The notes below the pieces were generated by a model. It searched no databases. It worked only from the letters and a program-made list of their open reading frames with translations, and was not told the DNA's origin. Both the position numbers and the translations under genes were made by a program. A stretch of 37,175 nucleotides of DNA from an uncultured Oligoflexus sp. (GTDB lineage Bacteria > Bdellovibrionota_B > Oligoflexia > Oligoflexales > Oligoflexaceae): assembly GCA_964236955.1 (NCBI GenBank), contig CAXSGP010000043.1:1-37175 (forward strand), read 5' to 3'. Positions 1 through 9,901 of this stretch are shown here, piece by piece; within the stretch, counting starts at the first letter, position 1; every line of letters starts with the position of its first letter.

Positions 1-346
1 GCATGAGACTTGTTAATACCTTTAGACGTTTGATCGAGATCCATGATACTGCCGGACTTTTTTAAAGAATTTAATGAATCGACATCTCTCGCGTTGGTGT
101 AGGGGTTACAATCTCATCTCCACAAAAAATAGAATTTCTTTTGCAATAATCCTGCCCCACAGCAGTGATTTTGTTATCCTATCCCTAGATATATGACTAA
201 AATTTCCTTGATTACCGTTTTAAGAACCTACTCTAGGCTTGAGTGCCATGCCTGAGCCTTGCTAAGATCATTAGCATTCCTATTCCATTCCAATCCGAAA
301 AATTCATAGAGCCGTGCCTAACGGTTCTCACTCCCTACGGCAGGCT

Positions 347-1678
347 ATGAAAACAAAAAATATCGTCCCATTGAATGATGACAATATTTTCCAGAATCCA
401 ATTCTTGAAACTGGTGCTGACCCTTGGATGTTCCAGCATCAGGACCAGTATTATTACTGTGGTTCCGATAATAAGTCCTCAATATTTGTGAGTTCTACCG
501 GCGATCCAGCTCTTATTGCAGAGGCCGATAGGGTGCTGGTTTGGAAGGCTCCTAAGGGAAAGGCCTATTCACACCAAACATGGGCACCCGAGCTCTATTT
601 TCTAGATGGCCGATGGTATATCTATTTTGCAGCTTCAAACGGCCGTAATAGCTCGCATCGACTCTACGTACTGGAGGCTGACCTGCCCTTTGGTCCGTAC
701 CGGCTCAAAGGTCAGATCTCCCCCGCGACTGATCGTTGGGCGATTGACGGTACAATTATTGATCATGATGATGGCGAACGTTATTTCGTTTGGTCTGGAT
801 GGGATGGGATGACCAATGTCCAACAAAACCTCTATATATCACGGATGCTTAATCCCTGGACTTTAGTGTCCTCCAAGACCCTACTGACAACTCGTAAAAT
901 TCCAAAAAAACGAAAAGCGAAGCCTGGTTCGGATTCAGTTCCGGCGCATCTCTTGACGGTGGAGGTTATTGCTCCTGAAGCGGGTGATTACATCTTGGAG
1001 ATTGCCTATCGCTGCACTTCTCCGGCGATGCAGCAAATGGAAATCAATGGCGCTTGCCATTGTGGATTGCATTTTGTACCGACAGGACCTAAAAATACGC
1101 AAACCCATTTCGAAAAGATAGGCCTGAAAGAAGGTATTAATCGCTTGACCTTCGCGACGGGAATCGGTGAGGTCAATCTCAGGGGAGTGAAAGTCAAGCC
1201 ACAGTTTGCTGACCGGATGTTGCTCGCATTCCCGGAACATTCTTGGGAGAGGTTGGGCGGTCCTTGTTATGTTGTGGAGGGTCCGGCAGCGATCAAACGA
1301 AGGGGCAAACTTCATATCATCTATTCAGCGAGTGCGAGCTGGACGGATGACTATCAGCTGGGCCGCCTTACGTTTATGGGTGGCGATATCCTGGATTGGA
1401 AGAATTGGAAGAAACACGGACCGGTTTTCCAGAAGACGGATACTGTATTTGGTCCCGGACATGCTTCCTTTATCTCGTTTCGAGATCAGGATTGGATTGT
1501 TTATCATAGCGCGAAATTTAGCGGCGCTGCATGGAAACGTGAAGTTCGCATGCAGCCCTTCTCATGGTCTGAAAGTAACGATCCGGAATTCGGCCGACCC
1601 GTAGGTGGCCCGGTGTCCAAAAGTCTAGGAACGGAGCATGAATACTCATCAGGATTGATGGGTAAAGTTGGGGCTTAG
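347..1678 (+). CDS. Glycoside hydrolase family 43 (arabinofuranosidase/xylosidase-like) with an inserted CBM6/CBM35-like module
   Basis: GH43 motifs ADPW (base), WAPEL, AIDG (pKa modulator), VVEGP (acid), GPGHAS and WIVYH. ORF track starts at GTG 314; ATG 347 preferred. No signal peptide seen. Confidence 0.9.
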   Translation: MKTKNIVPLNDDNIFQNPILETGADPWMFQHQDQYYYCGSDNKSSIFVSSTGDPALIAEADRVLVWKAPKGKAYSHQTWAPELYFLDGRWYIYFAASNGRNSSHRLYVLEADLPFGPYRLKGQISPATDRWAIDGTIIDHDDGERYFVWSGWDGMTNVQQNLYISRMLNPWTLVSSKTLLTTRKIPKKRKAKPGSDSVPAHLLTVEVIAPEAGDYILEIAYRCTSPAMQQMEINGACHCGLHFVPTGPKNTQTHFEKIGLKEGINRLTFATGIGEVNLRGVKVKPQFADRMLLAFPEHSWERLGGPCYVVEGPAAIKRRGKLHIIYSASASWTDDYQLGRLTFMGGDILDWKNWKKHGPVFQKTDTVFGPGHASFISFRDQDWIVYHSAKFSGAAWKREVRMQPFSWSESNDPEFGRPVGGPVSKSLGTEHEYSSGLMGKVGA

Positions 1679-1821
1679 TCGCCCAAAATTTCGAATTCGC
1701 AAGCTGCTTTTGTCAGTCGATCGGATAGGCTAAGTTCAAAAATCGATAGAGTCGACCTAAATCCGGCGTATTAAGGACAAACCAGCTTTGATTGCTCGCG
1801 AGGCAGAACGGGCTAAGAACA

Positions 1822-1858
1822 AATCGAGAGTCCTTCGGCCTGGGATGAACTCTCGATT
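1822..1858. terminator. Inverted repeat between convergent genes, possible terminator
   Basis: AATCGAGAGT (1822-1831) and ACTCTCGATT (1849-1858) form a perfect 10-bp stem between the GH43 and ferritin-like gene ends. Confidence 0.5.
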
Positions 1859-1885
1859 CTCCTTTAAGACCGGGTTACGATCATC

Positions 1886-2638
1886 TTAGTGGGTTAACGC
1901 CGCCTGGACTCCCATCTCGTTTTGAGTAGCGGCTCGATGAAAGCGGCGGATATCTATCAAGTGCTTATCTTCCTCCAGCTTTATGGCACGGTAAAGCTGG
2001 GAGCTGTCCATGTCTCCCATGGATTCTGTCAACTCGATCAGGGCATCCCAACTCTCGTTGTCGCTAAGTTCCAAAAAAAGCAAAGCACCCAGACAATGGG
2101 CCATGCTGGTTCGCGGATCATTCAAGGTTTGTACGAGGCCCATATTGATAACACCCGACACATCCGCACTTGGTGTCATAGCTGTCGGGTCAGCACCGAT
2201 CTCCTCTATCGATTTTTTGAGTAGGAGCATATGCTTTAACTCTTGGTCTCGAATCTCCTCGAGTCTCTCCACCACTTCCTTGGGAACGTCGGTAGGTGGA
2301 TTTCTGCATTTTCGCAGGATAGCATCATAGAGTCGGACGCCGGCTCGCTCAAAACTCAAGCGATCCCCCATTTTGTCAATGTAGAGACTGGCGTTTTTAC
2401 CCGTAACACTTTCAATCCCCGTTTTGAATACTCCCTTTAGCGTTAAAGGGAGGGGAATCGAACCAATAGGTTCGGCCGTTTGAATGGAAGCGGTTCTTAA
2501 CGCATCGAATCCTTCATAGGAATTATTCTGTTCGGATAACATGAGACTTTCAACGCCCCTTAGCATTTCTTTGGTCAATATCGGTGACATTTGTACACCG
2601 GTTTTATTAAGTCCTGGTGTTGGTTCCAAATGAGTCAT
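1886..2638 (-). CDS. Ferritin-like domain protein (di-metal four-helix bundle)
   Basis: Pattern FERAGVRLY, QELKH, LELSDNESW, EEDKH (E / ExxH / E / ExxH). GAGGAGG lies 5 nt upstream of ATG 2638 (MTHLEP). Confidence 0.8.
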   Translation of the reverse strand: MTHLEPTPGLNKTGVQMSPILTKEMLRGVESLMLSEQNNSYEGFDALRTASIQTAEPIGSIPLPLTLKGVFKTGIESVTGKNASLYIDKMGDRLSFERAGVRLYDAILRKCRNPPTDVPKEVVERLEEIRDQELKHMLLLKKSIEEIGADPTAMTPSADVSGVINMGLVQTLNDPRTSMAHCLGALLFLELSDNESWDALIELTESMGDMDSSQLYRAIKLEEDKHLIDIRRFHRAATQNEMGVQAALTH

Positions 2639-2648
2639 GACAACCTCC

Positions 2649-3824
2649 TCATACAGCATATCGTTTACTCGCTAATTCCGTTCCGGGTGACCACTGATAT
2701 CCCGCTGCAACTTGCTCGGACGGCGATCCGGACGAGTTGAGTATATTCCGATAGTCGACAGTCCTGCGGTTTTCCTGGCTCCTGTTCACGAATAAATCAC
2801 TGGCGGCGCTTAACATTATTTCTTTTTCAAGGACCTGGCGAATAAAGGGCCGCTGACTCGCAAAAGATATGGGGTCAGGGAGCATAGTGGGAATGATGGC
2901 CATCGGGTCTTTTCCCTCGACGCTCTTGTACATATCCATGGCAATATTCAAGTGATTGATCTCGAAATCGAGAAACATTTCCCAAATTCTCTTGAGCCTC
3001 GAGTCCGTTTCCGTTTCAACGCAGCTGTAGTAATTATAGACCTCGTTTGCTTCATGAAGCATGAGTTTTTCCAGATATGATTCGTTGGGATCAATCAGGG
3101 ATTCGTACATGCTAACATGTTGCTCTTCGATCGACGCTATCTCCGCATAGAGCTGTCTTGCCAAGGGGTCTGCAAATTGTGGGCCGACATTCATATAATA
3201 GTCGTGGGTTTGAAACTCGGCCGCCGTCAAAGTCAGAGCGTGAAGTTTTGTCAGAGGATCGGTCGAGGATCTATCGTAGGGGTTTTTCAAATCATCGGCA
3301 GGATGCCGGTGTTCCACCCTGGTGGGCCGACCGGGCAGTATATCCGTATAACTCTGAAGTATGTTGTTGGCGTCCTTGCCTTCAATCCTATCCATCAAGG
3401 CTGAATAGCGATACATATGATCGAAATCCTCAAGCAGGCCGAAGCGGTAAGTCTGCGCGAGATAAGGGTCTGGCTCCCGTTGAGCGAGGGCGGCAGTTAC
3501 TTCAATTGCAACTTGCTCATACGCAATGGTTGTCTCAAGAGCGGACTGATCCGCCGGCATCAGCCAATTGATGGTAGTAGCCTGGTGCTGCTCGATGCGT
3601 CTGACTTCTGCAAGAATTTGTCTCATCTGCTTGTCATGGGTCATGCGAGACATCGCATGGGAAAAGCGAAGAGCCTCGGTTTCCAAGCCGTTAAGCAAAA
3701 TAATTCGAACGCGGGAAAAAGCATTGCTATCGAGCTTGCTAATCGGTTCCTTAACTATCTGTTTCCAGGATCTCAGTTGTTTCTCAAGCGGATAGCCGGC
3801 ATTTCCCTCTAGTTTCATCCCCAT
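2649..3824 (-). CDS. Uncharacterised protein with tandem ferritin-like domains
   Basis: Repeated carboxylate/His helices (LETEALRFSH, IEQHQ, AYEQVAIE, EDFDH, AAEFQTHDYY, EEQH, HEANEVYNY, EINH). AAGGGG precedes ATG 3824. Its stop overlaps the RBS of the next gene. Confidence 0.7.
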   Translation of the reverse strand: MGMKLEGNAGYPLEKQLRSWKQIVKEPISKLDSNAFSRVRIILLNGLETEALRFSHAMSRMTHDKQMRQILAEVRRIEQHQATTINWLMPADQSALETTIAYEQVAIEVTAALAQREPDPYLAQTYRFGLLEDFDHMYRYSALMDRIEGKDANNILQSYTDILPGRPTRVEHRHPADDLKNPYDRSSTDPLTKLHALTLTAAEFQTHDYYMNVGPQFADPLARQLYAEIASIEEQHVSMYESLIDPNESYLEKLMLHEANEVYNYYSCVETETDSRLKRIWEMFLDFEINHLNIAMDMYKSVEGKDPMAIIPTMLPDPISFASQRPFIRQVLEKEIMLSAASDLFVNRSQENRRTVDYRNILNSSGSPSEQVAAGYQWSPGTELASKRYAV

Positions 3825-4179
3825 CTGGATTCCCCTTATGGAAAGCATATGTGTGCGAATTAACTGACGAACGATTCACTACTATGGGGATATTAATAGA
3901 ATGTTATTAAAAAGAATCCCATAAAACCACAAGAATTAGGAGGGGGCGGTCGAAGACCTTGGAGTGAAAAGAATTGAAGTGGGTCGTAGATATTTCGGAA
4001 ACTTTCACAGCACTTGAAGAACCATGGACTTCTATATTTTAATCAGACGAAGGTTGCCTAAAGTGGACGTCTGGGTATGCTTCTGGTGATGACAGCGCTA
4101 TTGGCGGATTGCCGGGGTGAAATATATTCTATCTCATGATTTGGCAGCCGTTGACATGCCAGTCGACAGATTCGGGGCT

Positions 4180-5976
4180 TTAGTTTTCTCGAGAATTTGA
4201 GTCTAACTCCTCTTTTAGTGCAAGCATCAGGCCTTGGATCGAACGGGTGCTGCCCAGTTGCTTAGCTGCCGATGATGATGATGCTCCTCGTTTTACTTTG
4301 CTGGGAATAAGAGAAGGGTCCTGGCTGCTTTTGTGCCTGGATTTTGGTTTGGTTTTTGATTCGCATTGTTGTCTCGTCAGCATGAATTCATTGCTGTCGA
4401 ACTCGCTCTGATCGAATTCCTCCAGTTTTTCGTAGATGTAATCGCTTGGCTCAGTTTCAATATTTGAGTTATGAGTCGATGTGTGTGCGCAAAAGGAGAT
4501 GGCGAGGCGCCAGCCGGTTGCCCGCTCGATGTGCCAGGAAAGATAAGTCGATAAATTCGACTTATCCTCTTCTTTGAATTGGACCTTTAATTCCCAATTA
4601 TCGAGCCTTAAGTCGCGCAAGGTTGGGCCGCTTAGCTCGATCAACCGCTTGGCTTCCTCAAGGGCGGCACCAGGATCCAGCGCCTTATCCTTCACTGTGT
4701 ACCGAAGCAAAGGCTTTCCGTCGATACCAGCTAGCACTGTCTTAGGATCGAGGCTCATAAGGATCGATTGGGTTTCTTCCATCGATAAGGCGTTTTTAAT
4801 TTTCATGAAGGCCAGAGGGTCGGTCACGCGGATTCTGGAGATGGCAGCTGCCTCGCGAACGGGGTCCTTGCCAGGGCTTTTCCATGATCTTTTAAGACCT
4901 GCCGCTTCGAAGGCATTGTATTGAAGGCCATGACTCTGACGGTCGATAATGTCAATAACTGTGCAGGATTTTTTTCCGGGAAAAGTTCTAAGGCCTCGCC
5001 CCAGGCATTGTGTGTAGACGAGTGGGGAGCTGGTCGGCCGGCAGAGCAGGACACATTCGATAGAGGGTTCATCAAACCCTTCTGTCAAAACCCCAAAGTT
5101 GGTCAGAATCTGTAGTTTTCCTGAGCGAAAGTCCCTAATGATGTCATCGCGGTCGGAGCTTTTGCCGTTGACGCAGGCGGCTTTGACACCAAGATCTCGG
5201 AAGGATCGGGCTAATTCTTCCGCATGGGCCACGCTTGCACAGAAGGCTATGGTTTTGAGTTTAGAACTCTGTTCCCGCCATGCCCTTAGAGTGAGGGCGA
5301 TGACTTCCGGCGTGTTCATAATACGACCGAGAAAACTGGCTGGAAAATCACCTTCGTTATCAAAGCCTATTTTATTAAGCCCAAGCGAAGCCTCCACCGT
5401 AAAATAGGCGAGCGGAACAAGATGGCCCGCCTCCTGCAATTCCCCTAGTGAGATTTCGAAAGCGGTTTCCTGGAATAGAGTGGATACACAACGGCCGTCA
5501 CTTCGCTTACTCGTCGCTGTTAAACCTAAGAGCAGACTTTCCTGGCGTTTTCCGAAGTATCCTATCGTATGAAGCCATGTCTTTGCAAAAGCGTGGTGGC
5601 ACTCATCGATGATGATGGCCCCAAAGGTTTGAGGGTCATATTCGTCGAGCCTGCCTAATAGCGATTGAATCGAGGCCACGACAATAGGTGCCTGAGTATC
5701 GGCTCGCCGTTCCGCCTGGTCAATTGTAACCCGAGCGCTCCCCACCTGGATGCCTATTTTTTCTGCAGTCTGCTCGACGATCTCTTTTCGATGGGAGAGG
5801 AAAAGAATGCGTTTGCCGTCGAGTCGCATCAAAAGCTTCTCAATGATGAGTGCAGCAACAACGGTCTTGCCTGCGCCGGTAGGCAGGCGCAGCATAAGCT
5901 GCCTCTGGCCCTTATCGTAGCGACTTAGGACCGAAGCCACAGCCGTCGCTTGGTAATATCTTGGTTCGAATGACAT
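4180..5976 (-). CDS. SF2 DEAD/DEAH-box helicase (ResIII-like plus Helicase_C) with an unrecognised C-terminal extension
   Basis: Motif I LPTGAGKT, II DECHH, III LTAT, V VLTEGFD, VI QCLGRGLR. Confidence 0.9.
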   Translation of the reverse strand: MSFEPRYYQATAVASVLSRYDKGQRQLMLRLPTGAGKTVVAALIIEKLLMRLDGKRILFLSHRKEIVEQTAEKIGIQVGSARVTIDQAERRADTQAPIVVASIQSLLGRLDEYDPQTFGAIIIDECHHAFAKTWLHTIGYFGKRQESLLLGLTATSKRSDGRCVSTLFQETAFEISLGELQEAGHLVPLAYFTVEASLGLNKIGFDNEGDFPASFLGRIMNTPEVIALTLRAWREQSSKLKTIAFCASVAHAEELARSFRDLGVKAACVNGKSSDRDDIIRDFRSGKLQILTNFGVLTEGFDEPSIECVLLCRPTSSPLVYTQCLGRGLRTFPGKKSCTVIDIIDRQSHGLQYNAFEAAGLKRSWKSPGKDPVREAAAISRIRVTDPLAFMKIKNALSMEETQSILMSLDPKTVLAGIDGKPLLRYTVKDKALDPGAALEEAKRLIELSGPTLRDLRLDNWELKVQFKEEDKSNLSTYLSWHIERATGWRLAISFCAHTSTHNSNIETEPSDYIYEKLEEFDQSEFDSNEFMLTRQQCESKTKPKSRHKSSQDPSLIPSKVKRGASSSSAAKQLGSTRSIQGLMLALKEELDSNSREN

Positions 5977-6245
5977 ATTTTCTCGGTGTGCAGATTTTAT
6001 AATCTATATTTATGTATGGCTATAACTTGGCTCATTTTACATGAGAATGTTTTTCGATCATCACCATTTTCGATTAGCGATTGGATTTTTGCTGGGGAGT
6101 ACGGGGGGGATTATGAGCCTTTGCAGTTTGAGAGCTAGGATTGCCTGCCCTTGCGTAAGCCTGGTCAATGCCAGTGTAATATTAGGGCTTGCCATTAAAA
6201 AAGCCATGGAGATCTCTATCAACAGAATTAACGGGGGTTCCTGGT

Positions 6246-6272
6246 AAAAAAAGGGTGGCAATTGCCACCCTT
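6246..6272 (-). terminator. Rho-independent terminator after the GH92 gene
   Basis: Perfect palindrome AAGGGTGGCAATTGCCACCCTT (6251-6272) preceded by an A-tract (U-tract on the minus strand), about 40 nt past the GH92 stop. Confidence 0.8.
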
Positions 6273-6310
6273 CAAGCACCCTCAGAAGCGATTCCGTTCC
6301 ATAAAGTGGC

Positions 6311-8788
6311 TCATGGGGCAAAGGATTGAGGCCTCGCCTCCGCAGCCGCACCCCAACTTATATTGGGACGCTCAGCCACTGTAAATGACAGCGATCCTCC
6401 TTCATTGACAAGCGATTCGGGTAACCAAGTGCGAGACCATGACTGTCCGTTTAAACTAAGGTCTTTAACATAGGTTGTCCCGGCGGTTGCGCCGGGTGCA
6501 TCGATGGTAATCGCGATCTGGTTCGCACGTTTGATGACAGCACGGGGAAAGAGGGGAGTCGTGAGTAAAAGCTCAGCCCTTCCCGGATAATTGGGATATA
6601 AACCGAGCGCCGACCAAACATACCAGGAAGACATTGCCCCAAGATCGTCCTGGCCAGGAATACCTTCAGGAGAATTTTTCCAGAGCGTGCGAATGACCTC
6701 TCGAACCGTCTCCTGTGTTTTGTAAGCCACTCCCGCAAAGGAATAAAGGTAGGCAGCGCCAATAGAAGGCTCATTGTCCATTTCTGCATGGGCTCCCCCG
6801 CTGCGAGTCAGTGCCCAACTGCCATCAGGATTACGGAAGAAGGCATCAAGACGGGCGATAGCGTTGGCTTCGCCACCCATGAGGTTGAACAGTCCTTTTG
6901 GATCAAAGGGTATCATCCACGTGTACTGAGCACTTGTGCCTTCAGCAAAGCCGGCTCCGCCATCGTTTTGTCCGGAAGGATCAAAGGGCGTGCGCCAGCT
7001 ACCATCGCTATTGCGATCCTGTATGTATCCGCCCGTCGCTGTAGCCGTTGGATTGAAGGAGTTCCGCCAATAGCTTGAGCGGGCAAGGAACTGATCGTGG
7101 ATCGCTTGCTCGTCGAGTCTAAGGGCCAACTGGGCAATTGCGAAGTCGGCCGAGACATCTTCAAGAGTTTCACCCGCACCGCCCCATGCATTGCCATCGG
7201 CTGGCACGTAGTTAAGTTCCAGATATTTATCCAACGAGGGTCTTTGGCCTACAGTCATGACCGGAGCGCCCTTATTACTAAGATCCAGATACGTGGGGTT
7301 TGAACTCGCACGTACCATCGATGTCAAGGCGCTCGTGACATCAAAATTCCTTCCGCCAAACGCCCAGATGCTGGCGACGGAAAGGGGCGCCGGATCTCCT
7401 GTCATAACGTGAGTAGCACCAGGTCCATGGGTCCAACGGTCCCAAACGCCAGCGTTTTGATCAGCCTGCATAAGAAGGGACTGCGCTATATCACCCGCTA
7501 CCAACGGTTCGACAAGACTTACGAGCTGAAGCTGACCCCGATAGACATCCCATCCCGAGAAATTTGCGTACTGAGCTTTTTGATTGCCCGCTATGTGATG
7601 GATCTGCTGATCCATGCCGGTATATTCGCCATTCACGTCACTGAAAATATTGGGGTGAAGGAGCGAATGATAAAGTGCGGTATAGAAAGTAGTTCGCTGA
7701 TCGTCTGTTCCGCCCGTCACATCGATGCGGCCAAGCTTTAAAGACCAAGCCTCATAGGCACTTTTGCGAACGGATTCGAAGGTCGTGCCCTGTGGATTTT
7801 CGGCTTCCAGATTGGCTTTGGCATTGGCAGCGCTGACGAACGATATACCGACTCTCACCTGAACAGCTTCGCCATTATTTTTAAAACTTACATAGCCACC
7901 GGAACCCTTGCCAGCTGGAGGCCAACCCTCATCGCCGTATCCTGTACCGCCTTCGGAAGAGCTGCTATTGGGTTTTACAACAGCATCCTGCCAGGTACCG
8001 CTGGAGGTGAAGGGTTGATCAAACTCGGCATAGAAATAAAGGGTGTAATAACTGCGTCGATCTTCCGGGTCAATATAGCCACAGAAGTTGCCGCTTCGTA
8101 CCGATCCCGAAATAGTTTGCGTGGCCGCATCGATGTGCGTCTCGGCTAATTCACTCCCAACCTCTGAATTCGAGGTCCTTACGAGCATCGTTGCGGGCTT
8201 GCCTGCTGGAAAGGTAAAGCGGCCGGCACCGGTATGAGCGCTTGCACTGAGTTCAACTGCCACTCCTGAATTGAGTTTTACACTGTAATAGCCAGCCTCG
8301 GCTCGCTCATTGGCGTGATCGAAGTCACTGGCATAAACAGCATCCGTTCGATCGTCGGATGGAGAAACCGTGATTTCGCCGACGTGAGGATAAAAGGGAA
8401 TATCGCCATACGCCCCTGCACAGCCAGTACCCGACATGTGGGTGAGAGCAAAACCGCGGATGCGTGGATTATCATAGCCGTAGCCGCCTGGCCTGACGGT
8501 TCGGGTCGAATCACCTCGGGTATTCTCCGGACTAAACTGTACCATTCCAAAAGGTGTATCAGCTCCCGGCCATGTCTCACCGCCCCTGGTGCCGATGAGT
8601 GGATTGACCCAGCGGGCAAAATCAGAATTGGGAACCAAGGTCTTGGCGTTTGCATCGGCAAATAGCAAAGACGGCAACATCACATAGCTCGTTGATAATG
8701 CAGACAGCGTAAGGGCAAGCAGTAGGGCCTTAGGTCCTGCCCGCTCCCTCATACCTAAGACCTTTTTGGAAAGAAGCAAGCCATTCAT
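6311..8788 (-). CDS. Glycoside hydrolase family 92 (alpha-1,2-mannosidase-like), exported
   Basis: VNPLIGT, PGADTPFGMVQFSP, GFALTHMSGTGC, FYTALYH, SGWDVYR, DNEPS, PGQDDLGAMSSWY. Hydrophobic N-terminus. GGAG 6 nt before ATG 8788 (track start 8815). Confidence 0.93.
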   Translation of the reverse strand: MNGLLLSKKVLGMRERAGPKALLLALTLSALSTSYVMLPSLLFADANAKTLVPNSDFARWVNPLIGTRGGETWPGADTPFGMVQFSPENTRGDSTRTVRPGGYGYDNPRIRGFALTHMSGTGCAGAYGDIPFYPHVGEITVSPSDDRTDAVYASDFDHANERAEAGYYSVKLNSGVAVELSASAHTGAGRFTFPAGKPATMLVRTSNSEVGSELAETHIDAATQTISGSVRSGNFCGYIDPEDRRSYYTLYFYAEFDQPFTSSGTWQDAVVKPNSSSSEGGTGYGDEGWPPAGKGSGGYVSFKNNGEAVQVRVGISFVSAANAKANLEAENPQGTTFESVRKSAYEAWSLKLGRIDVTGGTDDQRTTFYTALYHSLLHPNIFSDVNGEYTGMDQQIHHIAGNQKAQYANFSGWDVYRGQLQLVSLVEPLVAGDIAQSLLMQADQNAGVWDRWTHGPGATHVMTGDPAPLSVASIWAFGGRNFDVTSALTSMVRASSNPTYLDLSNKGAPVMTVGQRPSLDKYLELNYVPADGNAWGGAGETLEDVSADFAIAQLALRLDEQAIHDQFLARSSYWRNSFNPTATATGGYIQDRNSDGSWRTPFDPSGQNDGGAGFAEGTSAQYTWMIPFDPKGLFNLMGGEANAIARLDAFFRNPDGSWALTRSGGAHAEMDNEPSIGAAYLYSFAGVAYKTQETVREVIRTLWKNSPEGIPGQDDLGAMSSWYVWSALGLYPNYPGRAELLLTTPLFPRAVIKRANQIAITIDAPGATAGTTYVKDLSLNGQSWSRTWLPESLVNEGGSLSFTVAERPNISWGAAAEARPQSFAP

Positions 8789-8878
8789 AGTTTTCTCCGC
8801 AGGAAAGGGTAACATTTATTAAGCAAACACTTGGCATGCTGCACTGTTTTTACTCGAAACGGGCCGGACCTAGGCCTA

Positions 8879-9901
8879 CTAAAAAGTCCTTGTCACTTTT
8901 TTAATATGCAAAGGGCGATCGGGATCCAGGCCTCTCAGCTCTGATATCTTCGCAATGACCGGGTAAAGTGCCTGTATTGCCATGACGGGATCAAAGAGCA
9001 AAGATGAGGACACAGGATAGGTGACTGTTGCTCCCGGCGTCCGCTCGGGCGCCATGAAAATCACAGATGCGCCCAGTTCCCGCAAATGCTGCACGCTTTC
9101 TACTAGACCTGCCAGCTCCGGACCGCGGATACCGATAAGCAAAACCGGGTCACCCTGACGAATCAATGCCATAGGCCCATGCCAGAATTCGGCTGAACTA
9201 AAGGCCATTGCATGGAGTCGACAAACTTCGTTAAATTTTAAAGCGACCTCTTGAGCAATCGGAAAGCCCAGGCCCCGACTCAAGACGATCAGGTTGTCCG
9301 CAGTCTCTAGCTGCCCCCAGACACTTCCAAAAGGCATGTGAACAGCTCGATCCAAGCACTCGGGCAAAGCCTCGAAATCTTCAAACATCCCAATACGCTT
9401 ATCCCATTCGGCAAAGGTCAGGAGACCGCAAAGCAAACTCACAATAAAACTTTTTGTGGCAGCAATCGCCTTCTCCTCACCGGCACCCAAAAGCACTGTG
9501 TGATCCGCCACTCTCTCAAGTTCAGAGCCCTCTTGGTTCACGAAAGCAAGTGCGAGCGCACCACCTGCACGAGCCCTTCGCAATGCTTCACGCAAATCAG
9601 GACTCGCTCCAGACTGGGAAATGGCCAGTGCCAAACAATGTCGAAAATTTAAGGGACTGCTATGAACCGTTACCAGCGACGGAGGCAGCGAACCACAGAG
9701 CAAGCCAAGGCGCGAGGACAGGGCGTAAGCGAGAAAAGCTGCCGCATGATCGGAGCTCCCACGCGCGATTGTCACCGCAAACTGAGGTTGAAAACGTTTC
9801 AACGCCTCGACCGCGGCCCGCATGCTTTTCCTGGACCCCAGTAATGCCGTCCGAACCCGGTCAGGTGCCGCCATAGCCTCGTCAATCATAAGCGAATTCA
9901 A
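8879..9901 (-). CDS. Double-SIS-domain protein, glucosamine-6-phosphate deaminase (isomerising, NagB-II-like)
   Basis: ARGSSDHA, AISQSGASPD, GEEKAIAATKSF, EVALK, SSAEFWHGP and C-terminal DPDRPLHIKKVTRT. GlmS-like isomerase domains without a glutaminase domain. GGAGG-like RBS before TTG. Confidence 0.85.
   Translation of the reverse strand: MNSLMIDEAMAAPDRVRTALLGSRKSMRAAVEALKRFQPQFAVTIARGSSDHAAAFLAYALSSRLGLLCGSLPPSLVTVHSSPLNFRHCLALAISQSGASPDLREALRRARAGGALALAFVNQEGSELERVADHTVLLGAGEEKAIAATKSFIVSLLCGLLTFAEWDKRIGMFEDFEALPECLDRAVHMPFGSVWGQLETADNLIVLSRGLGFPIAQEVALKFNEVCRLHAMAFSSAEFWHGPMALIRQGDPVLLIGIRGPELAGLVESVQHLRELGASVIFMAPERTPGATVTYPVSSSLLFDPVMAIQALYPVIAKISELRGLDPDRPLHIKKVTRTF

Noticed and set aside
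2440..2475. PIGSIP in the ferritin-like protein as an encapsulin cargo-loading peptide
   Set aside because: Internal, only a loose match to LxIGSL-type peptides, and no encapsulin gene in the window.
4180..5976. Helicase as a type I/III restriction subunit
   Set aside because: No methyltransferase or specificity gene nearby and no evident PD-(D/E)xK nuclease motif.
6041..6351. Small ORFs between the helicase and GH92
   Set aside because: No RBS or motifs; the minus-strand one runs through the GH92 terminator.
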